This document shows, piece by piece, positions 41,701-54,790 of a DNA stretch of 64,000 nt. The notes beneath the pieces are model-generated. The model saw only the letters and a program-made list of their open reading frames with translations. It did not search any database and was not told where the DNA came from. Within the stretch, counting starts at the first letter, position 1. Each line of letters opens with the position of its first letter. Origin of the DNA: Chrysomallon squamiferum (taxonomy: Eukaryota > Animalia > Mollusca); assembly GCA_012295275.1 (NCBI GenBank), contig CM022665.1, positions 7,502,001 to 7,566,000 of the forward strand, written 5' to 3'. The position numbers were made by a program, and so were the translations under genes.

Positions 41701-44700
41701 TGTTCATAATCTTGAAGGTATCTTCATGAATGTTGTTAATGTACAGTATCATTATATTAACAACAGGTCAAACCCTGTTACTAACAGTGTTGTTTATTAA
41801 ACGTCTGTCTATTGATGGACAGATCCAACTTTAACCAAATTAATCTAGGAACATGCAGATTTGTTCTGTATAAAATTCTGCACATGCTAATACATAATTA
41901 TTTATAATACTTTAAGTAAAAATGAATAAACCTGGCTGAAAAAGGCAGAATTTTTCTATTTTAAATTAAAGCATCTTCAGGTGAGTTTTCTTTTTGAATT
42001 ATTTAAAAGGGTTTATGAGGACATTTTATAACTTGCATACAATAGTTTTTCTGCAAGAACGTGTCATTGAAATATTTGGCATTTTTTTTATATGGTCATA
42101 ACAAAATCTGTAGTTATGCACAATATCAACAATTTACAGTTTTGCAAGTGGCCACTCAACATTCATAATATGATTCAGAATTGGTTATTATTATACAGTT
42201 ATTTAGATAATTTCATGGACATTACACAGGAAAATCTGAAGACTGCAAATTAATCCCTGTATAATAGTAATAGTTTTCAAAGAAAATAAAGTTTATTTAT
42301 GACACAGTTAGCTGGAATGAAAGTTTATATATATTTTAACTTTCTTATATTTTGTTATAATTCGGCAAATGGGTTTGTTGAATATAGCATACATGTAAAC
42401 TGGATTATGAATGCATTGCGTATGGGTCAGCTTGCAAGTCTTACTCACAAATGATGCAACCAGTGTCTTAGATTTTGTCTTGGAGCACTTAAGACTTAAC
42501 CTGTAGAGACCTTGTATGTTGATGCACGTGAACCTAGTTTTCGTGCTAGACATGCTATGCTATCTACAGTATGCCACCATGATAAAATCATTACCAGAGC
42601 ATCCTGCATGTAACACAGTGTTTGATAACAAATATGTAAAGCTGTCTGATGTGAAGCCAAATGCCAAACATACTTCAGTCCTTCATATCAGGTAGTTTTT
42701 ATCTGCTTCCAAAATAAATTCTCTGACATTTTGGAAACTAACTTCATATTTTGTTTTACCACCTTGGCATATCCACTGAAGATTGTGCTGGATTTAGTGC
42801 ATTTGAAAAAAGACAGATGCATCTATGTATCAACAATTTTTCATGGAAATTCAAGACAGGTATTGTCTCAGCAGATGGTTTCAAAATGAGAATTCTGTGG
42901 CTTGTGTTACAGTTTTCCCATCCAATACTGAAATTTCCTTGAAAATTGCCCAGTTCAGTATTTGTATACATTGCTGAAGTATAGGCAATCTTTAAAGCCC
43001 TGAAACAAATAGAAAAGGCATCCTCATACAAATACATTATTTCTACAGACTGATATTAATGTTTCCAAGCTTTATCACATAGAAACTGGATCATCCTTTA
43101 GTTATGATGGTGATATGAAAGTGTCAGTAAGGACATTATAACTTGTTGTTTACCCAGGCATGTTGAATTAAGGAGTAATGAAAAGGCAGGCTCATCTGCC
43201 AAGACTGCTTTGGATTTACATGTGCTAACACTGATGTGTCCTATACTGACTTTATGCATCATATCAGCCAGTATATCATTTCCACTTGTCAAAATGACTG
43301 GAGTGGCGTGGTTGCTAAGATGCTTCATTCTGTTAAGCAAGCCCTGGGAGAGTCGCAGTTATCCTGCGTTGGTCACAACATACTTGACTCGTTCATTTAT
43401 CTTGAAGAAAAATCTTCCACCTCAATGTGAGCACTGTCAGTGTACTTTAACAGTTCACCACATTTTGGTGGAATGCAATCATTTTGATGAGACAAGCAAG
43501 GGCATATTTTGATAGATATATTGTGGTGGAATTGTTTAGATTCCACCCAAATCTTTTACTAACAGTTTTTAAAGGAAACTTCCATTTATAATAAATTTTA
43601 ACTTTCAGTCAGAAGTGATTCTTGTATTTCGCATAGCTCTTTATGCTGTGTTTTATAAACTTTTGAAAGTTTTATTTTTTTGTTACTATTTAATTTCATA
43701 TCGGTAATTTTAATGCCTCTCTATGTTTTTCCTGTTGGGGTGTTGTTAAATATCATTCATTCATGGACCTGTAAATTGTGCTACTTTGTTTGTATAGCTC
43801 CAGTATAAATTAATACTCTGAATTATTATCTGATATGCATACCATGTTATATATTTGGTTTTTTGGACATGCATTTGTGTCAGAATCATATTTTCATAAT
43901 CTTCTAATACACAAGTTAACACTTCATGTTACACATTATAGATGTAACTACTGAAGAAATTATTAAAACGGTCTTTAACTGTAATACCGGTAGTACTGTT
44001 ATTAATAAGATAAAATATAATATCTTGAGAAGCTTTTACCTAAACTAAATTCATTTTGTAAATCTGGACTGTGTTGCTGTATGAGAAAAAACATAATGTG
44101 TATGTGTGTATTTATATATATAGATATATATAATATTTTTTATTTATTTTTTAATTTAATTTACAGGAAATTTTAGATAGAACAGGTTATTCGCTGGATG
44201 TCACAACAGGTCAGAGAAAATATGGTGGTCCACCTCCTGATTGTGATGAAACACAGCCTGGCTCAGGACATGAAGTAAGACTCATTTTAATGTTGAATAG
44301 TTACATATCTGCAAGGCTGAAAATGCTGGGCATTCTTTTATAGCTTGGATATGTCCATTTATGTTTCATATATTTAATATATGACAAAGTGCCATATAAA
44401 CTTTTGACATTCACATGTATATGAAAAGAGGACATTGTAGGTAAGAAGTAAAAAGAATCATGCCTTTACAATATATTATATTGATAATTATTTCTTCAAA
44501 TTTTGAGAAAATTACTTCTGAAAAAAGAGAAGTGCCTTAAAGACATTACAGTAGCTACGAAAAAATAAAAAAATAAAAATATCAACAAAATCCCCTCTCC
44601 ATTCAGATATGTTATGGATTTTCCAGTGCTTTTATTGCATAATGACTCTTAAAATATTTATTTGTTTATTTGTTTGTTTATTTAATCAGATAAACAAATT

Positions 44701-46690
44701 TGTTCTTTACTTGCATTATCTGACATCTGAAACCATAATCTTTTTTAAAATCTTTTTCCTGCTGAAAACTAACACCAACAATTCCATATTGACATTCTAG
44801 TGCAGGTAATAAACATGTTGGAAGACAATTGTTTTAAGACTGTGTTTATTTTCTTAGCAAAGTATGACTTGACAATGCAGTGAGCATTTAGTGTTTTATA
44901 TTTTTCTTCAGCTACAGGCATAAAAACAGACAAACAAACTTAAAACCAGACATGCAATATTCAGGCACAGCTCTTTTTTACTGTGTTTAATAAATTTTAA
45001 ATTTTAATATTATTTAATATAAATAATGTTCATACGTCTGACTGACACCCAATCTCTTTTTTGTGCTGGACTGTCATTAAACATTCATTCACTGATTCAT
45101 TTTGCAACATTCAGGTTGAATTTATGACACAATACCCAAACAGCTTCAAGATAGTACTGATTTTTTCCTTCTGTATAATAATTGTTTTCACACACATGAA
45201 GACATATTCCTTTAAATATTTTGTATTCACTATAAACAGATATTTAGTGTGTGTGTGTGTGTGTGCACTTTTGAGGGTAAAGTATATACAATTATAATTG
45301 CCTTAAGCTTTCACAGCAATAATAACAGTATCAGTGTTTTAATTACACAATTTACCAGTTACTTCATCTAACAAAACACAATATATCATGTGAAAATCTT
45401 TCTTTTCAGATTTTTTGTGGAAAAATTCCTAAGGATATTTTTGAAGATGAACTTATACCTCTATTTGAAAAGTGTGGCAAAATATGGGACTTGAGATTAA
45501 TGATGGACCCACTCACTGGTCTTAACCGTGGTTACTGTTTTGTTACATTTTGTGAAATTGCTGGTGCTAAAGAAGCTGTCAAGCAGGTATTATTCTTTCT
45601 TTATTTTCCCCAACCTCATTATCCTTCCACTTCTTCAAATTACAATATTTGGTCCTGGAAAAATTATTATAACTCTTTGAATTAAAAGAGTTTGACACTA
45701 AGCACAGCTATTACTGTTTCGAAGTTACTGGGAAAATATTTCTTGGAATTTGGATAATGCATTTCTAACTTTGAGTGGGTGGGAATAAAAAAAAAAAAAA
45801 AATGTGTTTACTGTGCTGGGTAATTGCAACAGCCTTCCTTAACTTCAAAAAATATATCTTGTTACTTGGCATACATTTTGGGCATTTTTTTTTCCAATTG
45901 TTAAATGTAGTATTGAAAAATAAGTCACAACAGCAAAGTATGGTGAGTAGCAGATCTGTATGCATCTTGCATCCTCCTTGTCTCAGGTGTGAAATAACAA
46001 GTCCCTAAGGTACAGGACCAAATATAAACTGGCAGAAAATGTTGTTTCTGGCTGTAAAATACTTGAAATATTCAGGATTTTTTTTTTAATAATTTTTTTA
46101 TTATTTTTATTTTCTTTTTTAAGTAATTAATAAATACAAACCATTTGGAAAATACATTTTTGTACATTATCAAAATTTCAAAATACAGAAATACTGATTG
46201 TTACAAGAAATGGAAAAGCCTGATTTTTGAGTATTTTACAGTATTATAATTTTTTTTTTTTTTTTTTTTTATTTTATTTCCACTTGATTTCCAGCTTGAC
46301 AATTACGAGATCCGAAAAGGCAAAACGTTGAAGGTCAACGTCTCTGTTGCCAATGTGAGGTTATTTGTAGGAAACATTCCCAAAAATAAAACAAGAGAAG
46401 AAATTAAAGATGAATTCGGCAAAAGAACAGGTATTCTTTGAAAAGGTGGAGTTTTCATTTTGTGTTTCGGTGAATCAAGCGCTGTGTCAATTTAAAAACA
46501 AAACAAAAACAAAAATCATCAAATTTATTTGATCCATTAATATTTGGTCTTACAGCGCTTCAAAGAAAATTTGAAAAACAAAATTCATAAGCAAAAAAAA
46601 AAACTTCAAAAATCAAAAAGTCAAAAATCAAATACAACTTCATTAAAATTTTAGGCTTCCAAAACTAAAACCAAAAAAAAGGGAACAAAC

Positions 46691-46727
<37 letters not shown>

Positions 46728-47589
46728 TGCTGTACTTACACAATGTGTTGGTATTTTCATTTTAGAAACTTTTCCCTTGCAGTGCTGTAGATTGCGTGCT
46801 GGGAAAGAAGCAAAATTAGTATTCCTTCCTTTCCAGTTGTTTATTTTTGTGTTTTATTCAACAGAGGGTTTGGTCGATGTGATAATATATGGGTCAGCTG
46901 ACAATCCTAAACTGAAAAACAGAGGTTTTGCTTTTCTTGAATTTGACTCCCACAAATCTGCTTCCACTGCAAAGAGGAAACTTAGTTCAGGTCGTGTCAA
47001 AGTCTGGGGTTGTGACATCATTGTGGACTGGGCAGATCCACAAGAAGAACCTGATGAAGAAACTATGTCAAAGGTAAGAATTATTTTAAATTTATTATAT
47101 TGTTAAATTCTTGATAGTTTCAGGAATATCTAATGAAGCAGTTTGGATCCTAGAAATTAATTTCAAGAAAAAGTGAGCATGACATGAGCATAGAAAGTTT
47201 AAGCCAAAACATTTACTGGAGAGAAATAGCAGTTCTTTCTGCAAATTTAACTGTATAACACCAAATGCATGTTCTGGACAGGGCTTGCTGCTATGTAAAT
47301 AATCAAAGATCATTAAAACTGTGGACATTTTGTACAAGGGTATTACGTACAACTATGTGTGTGACCTGCTCTGTTGAAATTTTAAGAATAGAATTTATAC
47401 ATACTTAGAAAGAGATAGATACTGTTTATAAAATTGCATACATTTTTTATAATTAGAATATATATCTGTAATGAAAACCCCCCAGAGTTTTGTTGTTTGA
47501 TCTATACACTTGAGTAGACTACTAGTACCACATAAATCTAAATTCTGTTTTCATTCACCAGTAACATAAGGGGAAATGCAGTGGTGATA

Positions 47590-47639
<50 letters not shown>

Positions 47640-47835
47640 CTATATTGTGCTGATATAACACATGGAGTACTGTTTATGACAAACAGCTGAAAATTTCAAA
47701 ATATTCTTTTGTGAATTTGTCCTCAGCCAAAAAAAAACATACAATCTTAAACATATACTCTTTGATGTGTACAATAGTAATAACAGAAAAGGATTATTTA
47801 CTGAAAATTATGGACATTAATAATTAATAAAAATA

Positions 47836-47868
<33 letters not shown>

Positions 47869-50800
47869 CGATGCAAATATCTACAGTATATGTAGGTACA
47901 GCCTAGCCGATATAATTGGACAAAAATGTTAAAAGTTCAGATTTTGTCCATTTTCCTCCACTCCCAAATCCCTTCTGAAAAATAAATATACAGAAAGAAA
48001 GATAATTATTTGTTCTTTAAAATAGTGATGATGTTTTTGTTGTGTGTTAAATCAGTCCTTTGTACAAGATTGTTAAACATGGTGTGGGTAAATGAACTTC
48101 GATGCCCATGGTCAGCAGTTGACAGCATGGAGTAAAAAATCCCTAAAACGGTGTCGCTCTACAAACACCTGGCTTAACTACATGAAAGTCACTTCAGTAT
48201 TATTTTTAGCACAGCTTAAGCTTTCTAACAGTGTGCATGTCATTGCTGGCAACGGTTCATATCAATGGTTGTGTCCAGAAATATATTTTTGCTTGCCTTC
48301 AAATCAACTTAAAAAAAAAAAAAAAAAAAAAACAGGTTGAAAATAAAACCTACAAACTGAAAATCAAATGAAAGCTCATTCAGTTATCTTTCAAACAATG
48401 TGCGACACTTTGATGTGCCATCTTTGGTGTAGAACAGCTCAACATTTGAAAGTAGCACATGCTTTGCGAAATCACCATAAATTACATTTTCTACAGAGCC
48501 AAATTGCAGAGGATTTTATGTGCAACTAGAAAGAACTGGTGCTATTTAAAATGATATTTCTATGTATTTTTAATAACTTGTAGGATGTACATTTTATTAT
48601 ATGTTCTGACTTTTACTGTATATAATATGAATATATTCAGAAATAAATATACTAACATCATGTTTTGCTTTTAGAACTCTTGTGATAAACGGCAAATTAA
48701 GAATTGTAAACATAACAAACTATACTACATAACAGTACAGTGTATTCTGTGAGTCAAAGTATCAGATATTAATAGAATGCTGAATAAAAAATCTAATCAC
48801 TTTTTTAATATAAAATTATTGATTGATTAGTTTTAAAAATTGCTATTTTTGCTTGTGGATTAACTTCATCAGAGAAAATATCATCAGTGATGACTTTTGT
48901 TTGTAGTACAAAGCTAAGAAAATTATTTTATGTCTGCTTCAAATGAGTGATAAATCAAGCTGTCTGTGTACATAAAGTTGTGCTCTTCTATATAGTGATT
49001 GACCCATATGAGTTGGGTATTTTTTTATTGATTAAAAAAAAAAAAAAATAGTCTACCCCTGTGTCATTTAACTATCTTAAAATGCATGTGAAATTCAGAA
49101 ATATGTTAAACTGTAAAGAAAATTTATAATAACAAAACAAGAAACAAATGAAAAAAAAATAATAATAATTTCAGAGACTGCAACTATAAACCACATTAAA
49201 TAAATGTTAAATTCTAATTAATTCTTGCTGAAACTACCCCAACTTGTTTTCTGAAAGATTTTGGTCTTAATGTGCCAAAAAATACATGGTTGCTATGGAC
49301 TGAACAAATGGGTGCACAGGCTCACATTTTTACTTCAGATAGAGTTGTTTTGCATTCCACTGTGCATGTGCCCATTCTTGTGTAATTCAAGGATGCAAAT
49401 CATGAGAACTCGCCAAAATAGCCTTACTAGCACACTGGGGGCAAACTCAATCATGCTGTAATGGGAGGCCATGACCATTGCTCAGTTATTAACTGTTCCA
49501 GCTGCAGACGTCCAGGAAATTTGTTATCCTTTCATCGACATCCAGCCAATACATATTGGAAATGTTTGTGGGTAATCGCTTCACAGAAATGAAAAACATT
49601 TTAATGTTACTGCAAACATAAGGTTTGTTCAGCACATTTTTTTAGGTGGGAAGCCACTGAACTTCAAGAAATGTGGACTGTACACCCAGCCTGAATATGG
49701 ATTGGGAAATTGTCACAGCACCTAGGATAACAAAAACAAGTAACAAGAGCAAGGAATGGTCAGATTTAATTTAAAAAGGTGAACAGTGTCAACTGGGCAT
49801 TTCAGAACCAAATAAAAGGACCAAAAAAAAACCCCTGTTTGTGCCAGTGATTCCAGAGATTGTTGACTGGTATTTTGGTTTATTATGTTATGGTCTGAAA
49901 GATCATGTTCAATTATTATATAATGTTCATTTTAATCAGACATGCCGTGAATATATATTGAAGAATTAGGAACTGTTAGGACTGAAGATTATATACTTGT
50001 TGAAATATAGTATGTGCATTTGTAAATTAATGCGTAACAGAAAAATGCAAATCATTAACACACACAGTAATATATGAGAGTTATCTTTTTATTGGCATTT
50101 AAATTCAGAATGACTTGTTCTGCATAGTTATTACAAGTTTAATCAACTAATATGAACATTCAAAGATATTAAATACATGTGTATTATAGGTTTACCAGTA
50201 AATAATGATTTTCTCAATAGTTTTGGTCTCCACATGGCACTTTGCTGGCTGGTTCCAACTTTGCAGTCTATCTGTACATGTTTTTCCTTCGGGTATACTG
50301 TTCAGTCCCTGTGCCACCTAATCCTTTAAGGCAAACAGCAAAGCTGCTACATGGTTACATGCTTCACCTTGCCTGAAAAAATAAAAATTTCAGCTGTGAT
50401 ACATGTGTGATGATATATATGTAACTATATTATTTACAGCATCTATTTTGTATTTAAATGCTAAACAATTTAAAATTAGTGCATATATAATTTTTTTTTA
50501 ATAAAATGTTTCTAACCATGTTATTATTTGTTTGTGAAATTAATGACATAGTTCAGATAACTACAGAGAACAGTAGTTTCAGTTATATTCTTAATTATTC
50601 AGTTTACCACAACTAGTTGAGGTGTTTGTTGCTTGGAGTCACAAATACTTAGTAGGATTTGTACAAGTATGTAGGTGTTTGTGAGAGTAGAGGTATTTGA
50701 TTCAATAATTTACCAATCATTTATAAGAAAATGAATTAAAAACACGAATCAGTGTACATCAGCAGTTTTATTTCTCTTAATAATTATCTCAAACAATTCA

Positions 50801-53800
50801 TTAAAACAATGATGTTTAAACACAATTCACATACCAAGTACAAAGTGTATGTGTTCAGTTTCACAAAGTTTTTAATATAATGATTGCCATATCACCTAGT
50901 GGACTGTTGTTTCAATAAACAGCTTTCACAGAAAGATCCATCAGCTGAAATTCACCAGTGCATCTGGCTGGAACAAACTGCACTTCAAAACCATGCTTGT
51001 ATAATAATTGTGAAAAAATTTTTTATGGTACAAGAACTTAATCTACATACTCAATCATACTGTCATTGTAATTCAAGTGTTTGTCTGTGTGGTCACATGC
51101 CAATCTTCAGGAAAGTCAAAACGCAGGTGACACTTGTTGGTGAGGCCTTTGTAAATGATACATGGTGGTAAAAGATTGCCAGCTGCTGTGCTACCTAGCA
51201 ACATGGTCACTTATTGTTTGTCATCCAGTCCAACAATACAATTTGCTTTGACCCCTGCAAAGCTGATGTTCAGTTGGATACAGGCACAGTTTTAATACCA
51301 GTTTGGTCAAAGTTGATCAGTAATTCTTTTTTTGTTGTTTTTAACTTTCTCGCCTACTGTGTTTTTCTTGTTATTGCTTTCTGCTGAGAAATTCGGAAAT
51401 AAAAGAAGTACCTTATTATGACAGAGCAGGTTACATATACTAGAAGATAAAATTAGATTTTTACCTAGCCCATAACTAAATCATTGAACAAATGTTTCCT
51501 TTGCCATCTTCCAAAATTCCTTCAGTACAAAACAGCAGGTCTTGCTAAAGTCATTTATTTTCTGATTTAGGTGAAAGTTCTATATGTAAGAAACTTGAAT
51601 GCAGACATCACAGAAGAAACATTAAAAGAGAAGTTTGAACAGTTTGGCAAAGTAGACAGAGTGAAAAAAATCAAAGACTATGGGTTTGTTCATTTTGATG
51701 AGAGAGAAGATGCAGTCAAAGCAATGGAAGCTATGAATGGAGAGGTTTGTTTTATTAACATTATTTTAAAATAATTTTGTATCAAAATTACACTTTTATA
51801 CACAAATTTGCAACTTAAGTAAAATAAAAATTTATGAAAAATTACAACATAAATAAAAGATTTAATGTCTTTTTTTTTTATGTGTATAAATTAGAATGAA
51901 TTAATTTTGGCCAAAAAGTTTGTAAACTTGTTTACTTTAAAAGAAAAGTTTATGCAAGAAAATAAAAATATTCATTTAAGTAAGGATAATTTTGTATTTT
52001 TGTAGTTTAGAATAATTGTTTAAAATAAAATTTTCAGTACTTTACTAATGTTCTTACAGAAACTTGGTGCACTTGAAATTGAAGTATCACTGGCTAAACC
52101 ACCAACAGACAACAAAAAGAAGGAACAGAGAAAGCGTGACACAATCAGAGTGCCTAGAGGCGGTTATATGGGGTAAGTTTTCATAACATGATTCAGTTTT
52201 AATTTTTCTTTTTTTTTTTTAGGTTCTTGTGCTTCACAGCTTAACACCTACCTACCTATTCTTCAAATTCATGTCATTTTGTAAATTTAAGGATTAATAT
52301 TTAGAGAGTTTATGGGTGTTTTGTGAAGAGTGGTTGGCTTTGTCGAAGCAAGACTAATCGGGAATAAATATTCATTAATAAATAAAAAAATTAAATACAT
52401 AGCACAATTTATTTATTTATTCTTAAATAAATATCCAGTGTTTTTTAATTGTATAACTATTTAACAGATGTCTCCATGGACTTTACATTTTAAAGCTGTT
52501 GTGCACAAAATAAATTTTTGATGACTAGCAGTTTAACTGGAACAAAGCTTAGTTACAAAAACTGAGTTACTGGCTTGACACATTTTATTTTTATTTTAAT
52601 TTTTCTGTAACAATTTGTTATTTACATATGCATTTATGTTTTGCTGGTGCATTAAAATAACTAATTTTAATGTGCAACATACAAATTAAAAGCTCTTAAA
52701 CTCCTAGATCATCATTTACAATGTATTTTTATTTCAGTTCTGTTAACCTGTATGAAAAAAATCATATTGATAAAAAAATTTAAAAATTGTTGTAATCTTC
52801 AATTGTATTCATCATAGTATAAATGTTTAAAATGTAGATATTCAGAAATAATTACATACATTAGGAGAAAAGTTTTAAAAAGATTCTGTGAATAGTTTTT
52901 TAAAACTAAATAATTGTGGATTGTAATATTACACAGATTACATTCAACTCGGCAAATAATTGCTTAGCTGTTACTAAATCTGTGAATATTAATGTTGAAT
53001 GTGCTTTCCTACTTCTTCCTGTAGAAGGTAGGCTTGAATTTTCTCAACAACAGATACTACTTAGTTAGCCAGGAATTTAATCTAGTTTTATCACAATACA
53101 AATTAGACTATACAGTAGATCACATTTTTCCAGAATAATTCACCAAAGATTTGAACATCAACTAGTTCCCATTTAAAAACAATAGGGGAGACATTTGACT
53201 TCTGGATAGAACAGAATATTGTGCTTACATTGAAGATAATAAAAAGTTGTATGCCTAAAATACATGCTAGTTGTTATCTCTATTATTATTATTATTTGTT
53301 TTTATGTGAGTTTAAAATGAGCATTAAATGCATGATCTGTTAAAATACTTCATATTCAGATGGATAATTTTCCTTTCAGAACGTCACAAAATTTGTAATT
53401 ATTATTTTGAATGTTGATTTTAATATTTTATTCAGTACAAAAATTGTAACTTATTTTAAAGATTCACTATAATAATAAACTTTCAAAAAAACAACAAAAA
53501 AACATTCTTTTTCACCTTTTTGTTCTTACTACAGTCAAATTAACATCAGTTTTCTGTAATAGCTTTTTGACAAGTCCTATAATTAATTAAACTGAGTTTG
53601 CATGTGTTCATATAAATGGCAAGTGGTTTATTAGATGTTTTGCATGTAAAATGTCACTTTTTGCTCATTTTTGAGATTTTTTCGTTTTTGTTTTTGTTTT
53701 TGTTGGCAGTTGGGATGATTACTGGGGCCCTCCTATGGGCAGGATGCCTCTTGGACCCCCAGGACGTGGCATGAGACGACCTTTACCCCCGCCCAGAGGA

Positions 53801-54790
53801 TTTGGTGGAGGTATGGTTTAAAGATCCGTGATGCTTTGTACTGTACAGTAGATGGCATGTTTGTATTCTACTAGAAGTAGTTGTCGTGTCTGGGAAATCT
53901 GTTTTCTCTTTGGCTTTCATATTCAAAATTGTGTGCAAAACAAAAACACATTCCAAAAATGGCAGTTACATTTTTTTGTTTAGAATCTTTGTTTGGTGGC
54001 TTTCTTTTCTAAGTGTTGCGTTTGAAATCGCCATGTTCTGAATTAAACTAAATGTCTGTAAAAATTGTTTCAGATCCATACTATGATGACTACTATGGCT
54101 ATGACGACGACTACTACTATGGTGGCTATGCCCCGCCACCCCCAAGAGCTCGGGGGCGTGGTGGCCCCCCTCCCCCAGTGGTTAGTAATTTGCAGTCTTT
54201 TGATCTGATTCAGTCATTCACAGATCTGGCGGTATTTCAAAGTAGTTTCAAATATGGCGATTAAAAATTGGCGATTCCTGGGCGCAATTAAGATTCAGTT
54301 GTAAAATTTCAAAATTATGTAACTGCCGATGTTCCTTCCTGATATTTAAATCTGAAATTGAATAACTGGTAATAATCATAAATAATTGTTTGTTTTTTTA
54401 TGTGTACATGTTCAGCGGATAACTGCATCAGTTTCAGCACCAGCATCCTTTACATTATTCAATTTTCTTTTGCAGGCTATGCGTGGTCGTGGGGTCCCTC
54501 CCCGAGGTGGGCCCCGAGGTGGGCCAGGGGTGCGTGGGGTCCCTGGCCGAGGGCTTCGAGGGGTAAGAGGAGGACCTATGCCTCGGGGCAGAGGAGCAAG
54601 TCCGCTGAGACCCCCAAGAGGGGGAAAGAGGAAAGCGGGGGGAGATCTAAGTCAGGGACAAACGAAGAGGAGGAATCTGGAAAGCTGGGGTAATCAACCT
54701 ATTCCTCAACAACCACTCGGCTCATATGGTGGAGGCTACGCTAATGATTCAGAGTGGTACCAGGATTCTTACGGTCAAAATTGGGGCTAA
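32955..54790 (+). CDS. SYNCRIP: Heterogeneous nuclear ribonucleoprotein Q/R (SYNCRIP-like): acidic N-terminal domain, three RRMs, RGG tail
   Basis: Exons 32955-33144, 35193-35414, 44167-44274, 45410-45586, 46295-46430, 46865-47073, 51571-51744, 52060-52172, 53710-53810, 54074-54180, 54476-54790. Signature peptides [104 protein letters not shown]. One apparent frameshift near 35207. Confidence 0.93.
36061..36240. mobile_element. Tc1/mariner-type MITE fragment
   Basis: Starts TA-CAGGGTGTCCATAAAG, a mariner-like TIR; internal segment AGTACAAAGCTAAGAAAA...TTTTATGTCTGCTTCAAATGA recurs near 48905-48946. Confidence 0.45.
37477..39796 (-). mobile_element. Decayed DNA transposon with transposase remnant (possibly Sola-like)
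   Basis: Broken minus-strand frames at 38116-38545 read [43 protein letters not shown] and [13 protein letters not shown], matching the D-G...YKN...SHGK..DG transposase pattern. Weak terminal repeats GGGACAC / GTGTTGCCC and TGACCTT repeats. Confidence 0.55.
38560..39280. repeat. Degenerate (GTA/TAG)n low-complexity tract
   Basis: Repeated AGTAGTAGT-type triplets that produce the Val-rich and Tyr/Thr-rich spurious ORFs. Confidence 0.8.
40100..41560 (-). mobile_element. Decayed LTR retrotransposon remnant (Gypsy-like)
   Basis: On minus: polypurine tract AGGGGGAAGGAA (40389-40378) directly before TGTGAGAC (putative LTR start 40377) and a TGG-starting PBS-like segment at 40158; coding traces are very weak. 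Confidence 0.35.
42420..43765 (+). mobile_element. 5'-truncated, decayed non-LTR retrotransposon (RNase H-bearing LINE, I/Nimb-like) 3' end
   Basis: RNase H remnants ([34 protein letters not shown]), C-terminal CCHC finger [33 protein letters not shown], and a (CATT)n tail near 43755-43764. Confidence 0.8.
49400..49720 (-). mobile_element. Tc1/mariner transposase remnant
   Basis: Minus-strand fragments DNKFPGR and WPP-ITA-*-LS resemble the FPGRWIGR...WPPRSPDL region of Tc1/IS630-type transposases; many stops. Confidence 0.45.
50890..51260 (-). mobile_element. pogo/Tigger-type DDE transposase remnant
   Basis: Minus strand reads [24 protein letters not shown], matching the pogo P..CT..LQP.D.SVN motif. 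Confidence 0.6.

Noticed and set aside
48886-48950. Possible C/D snoRNA (GTGATGA) in a SYNCRIP intron
   Set aside because: No suitably placed CTGA D box; the segment is shared with the repeat near 36182.
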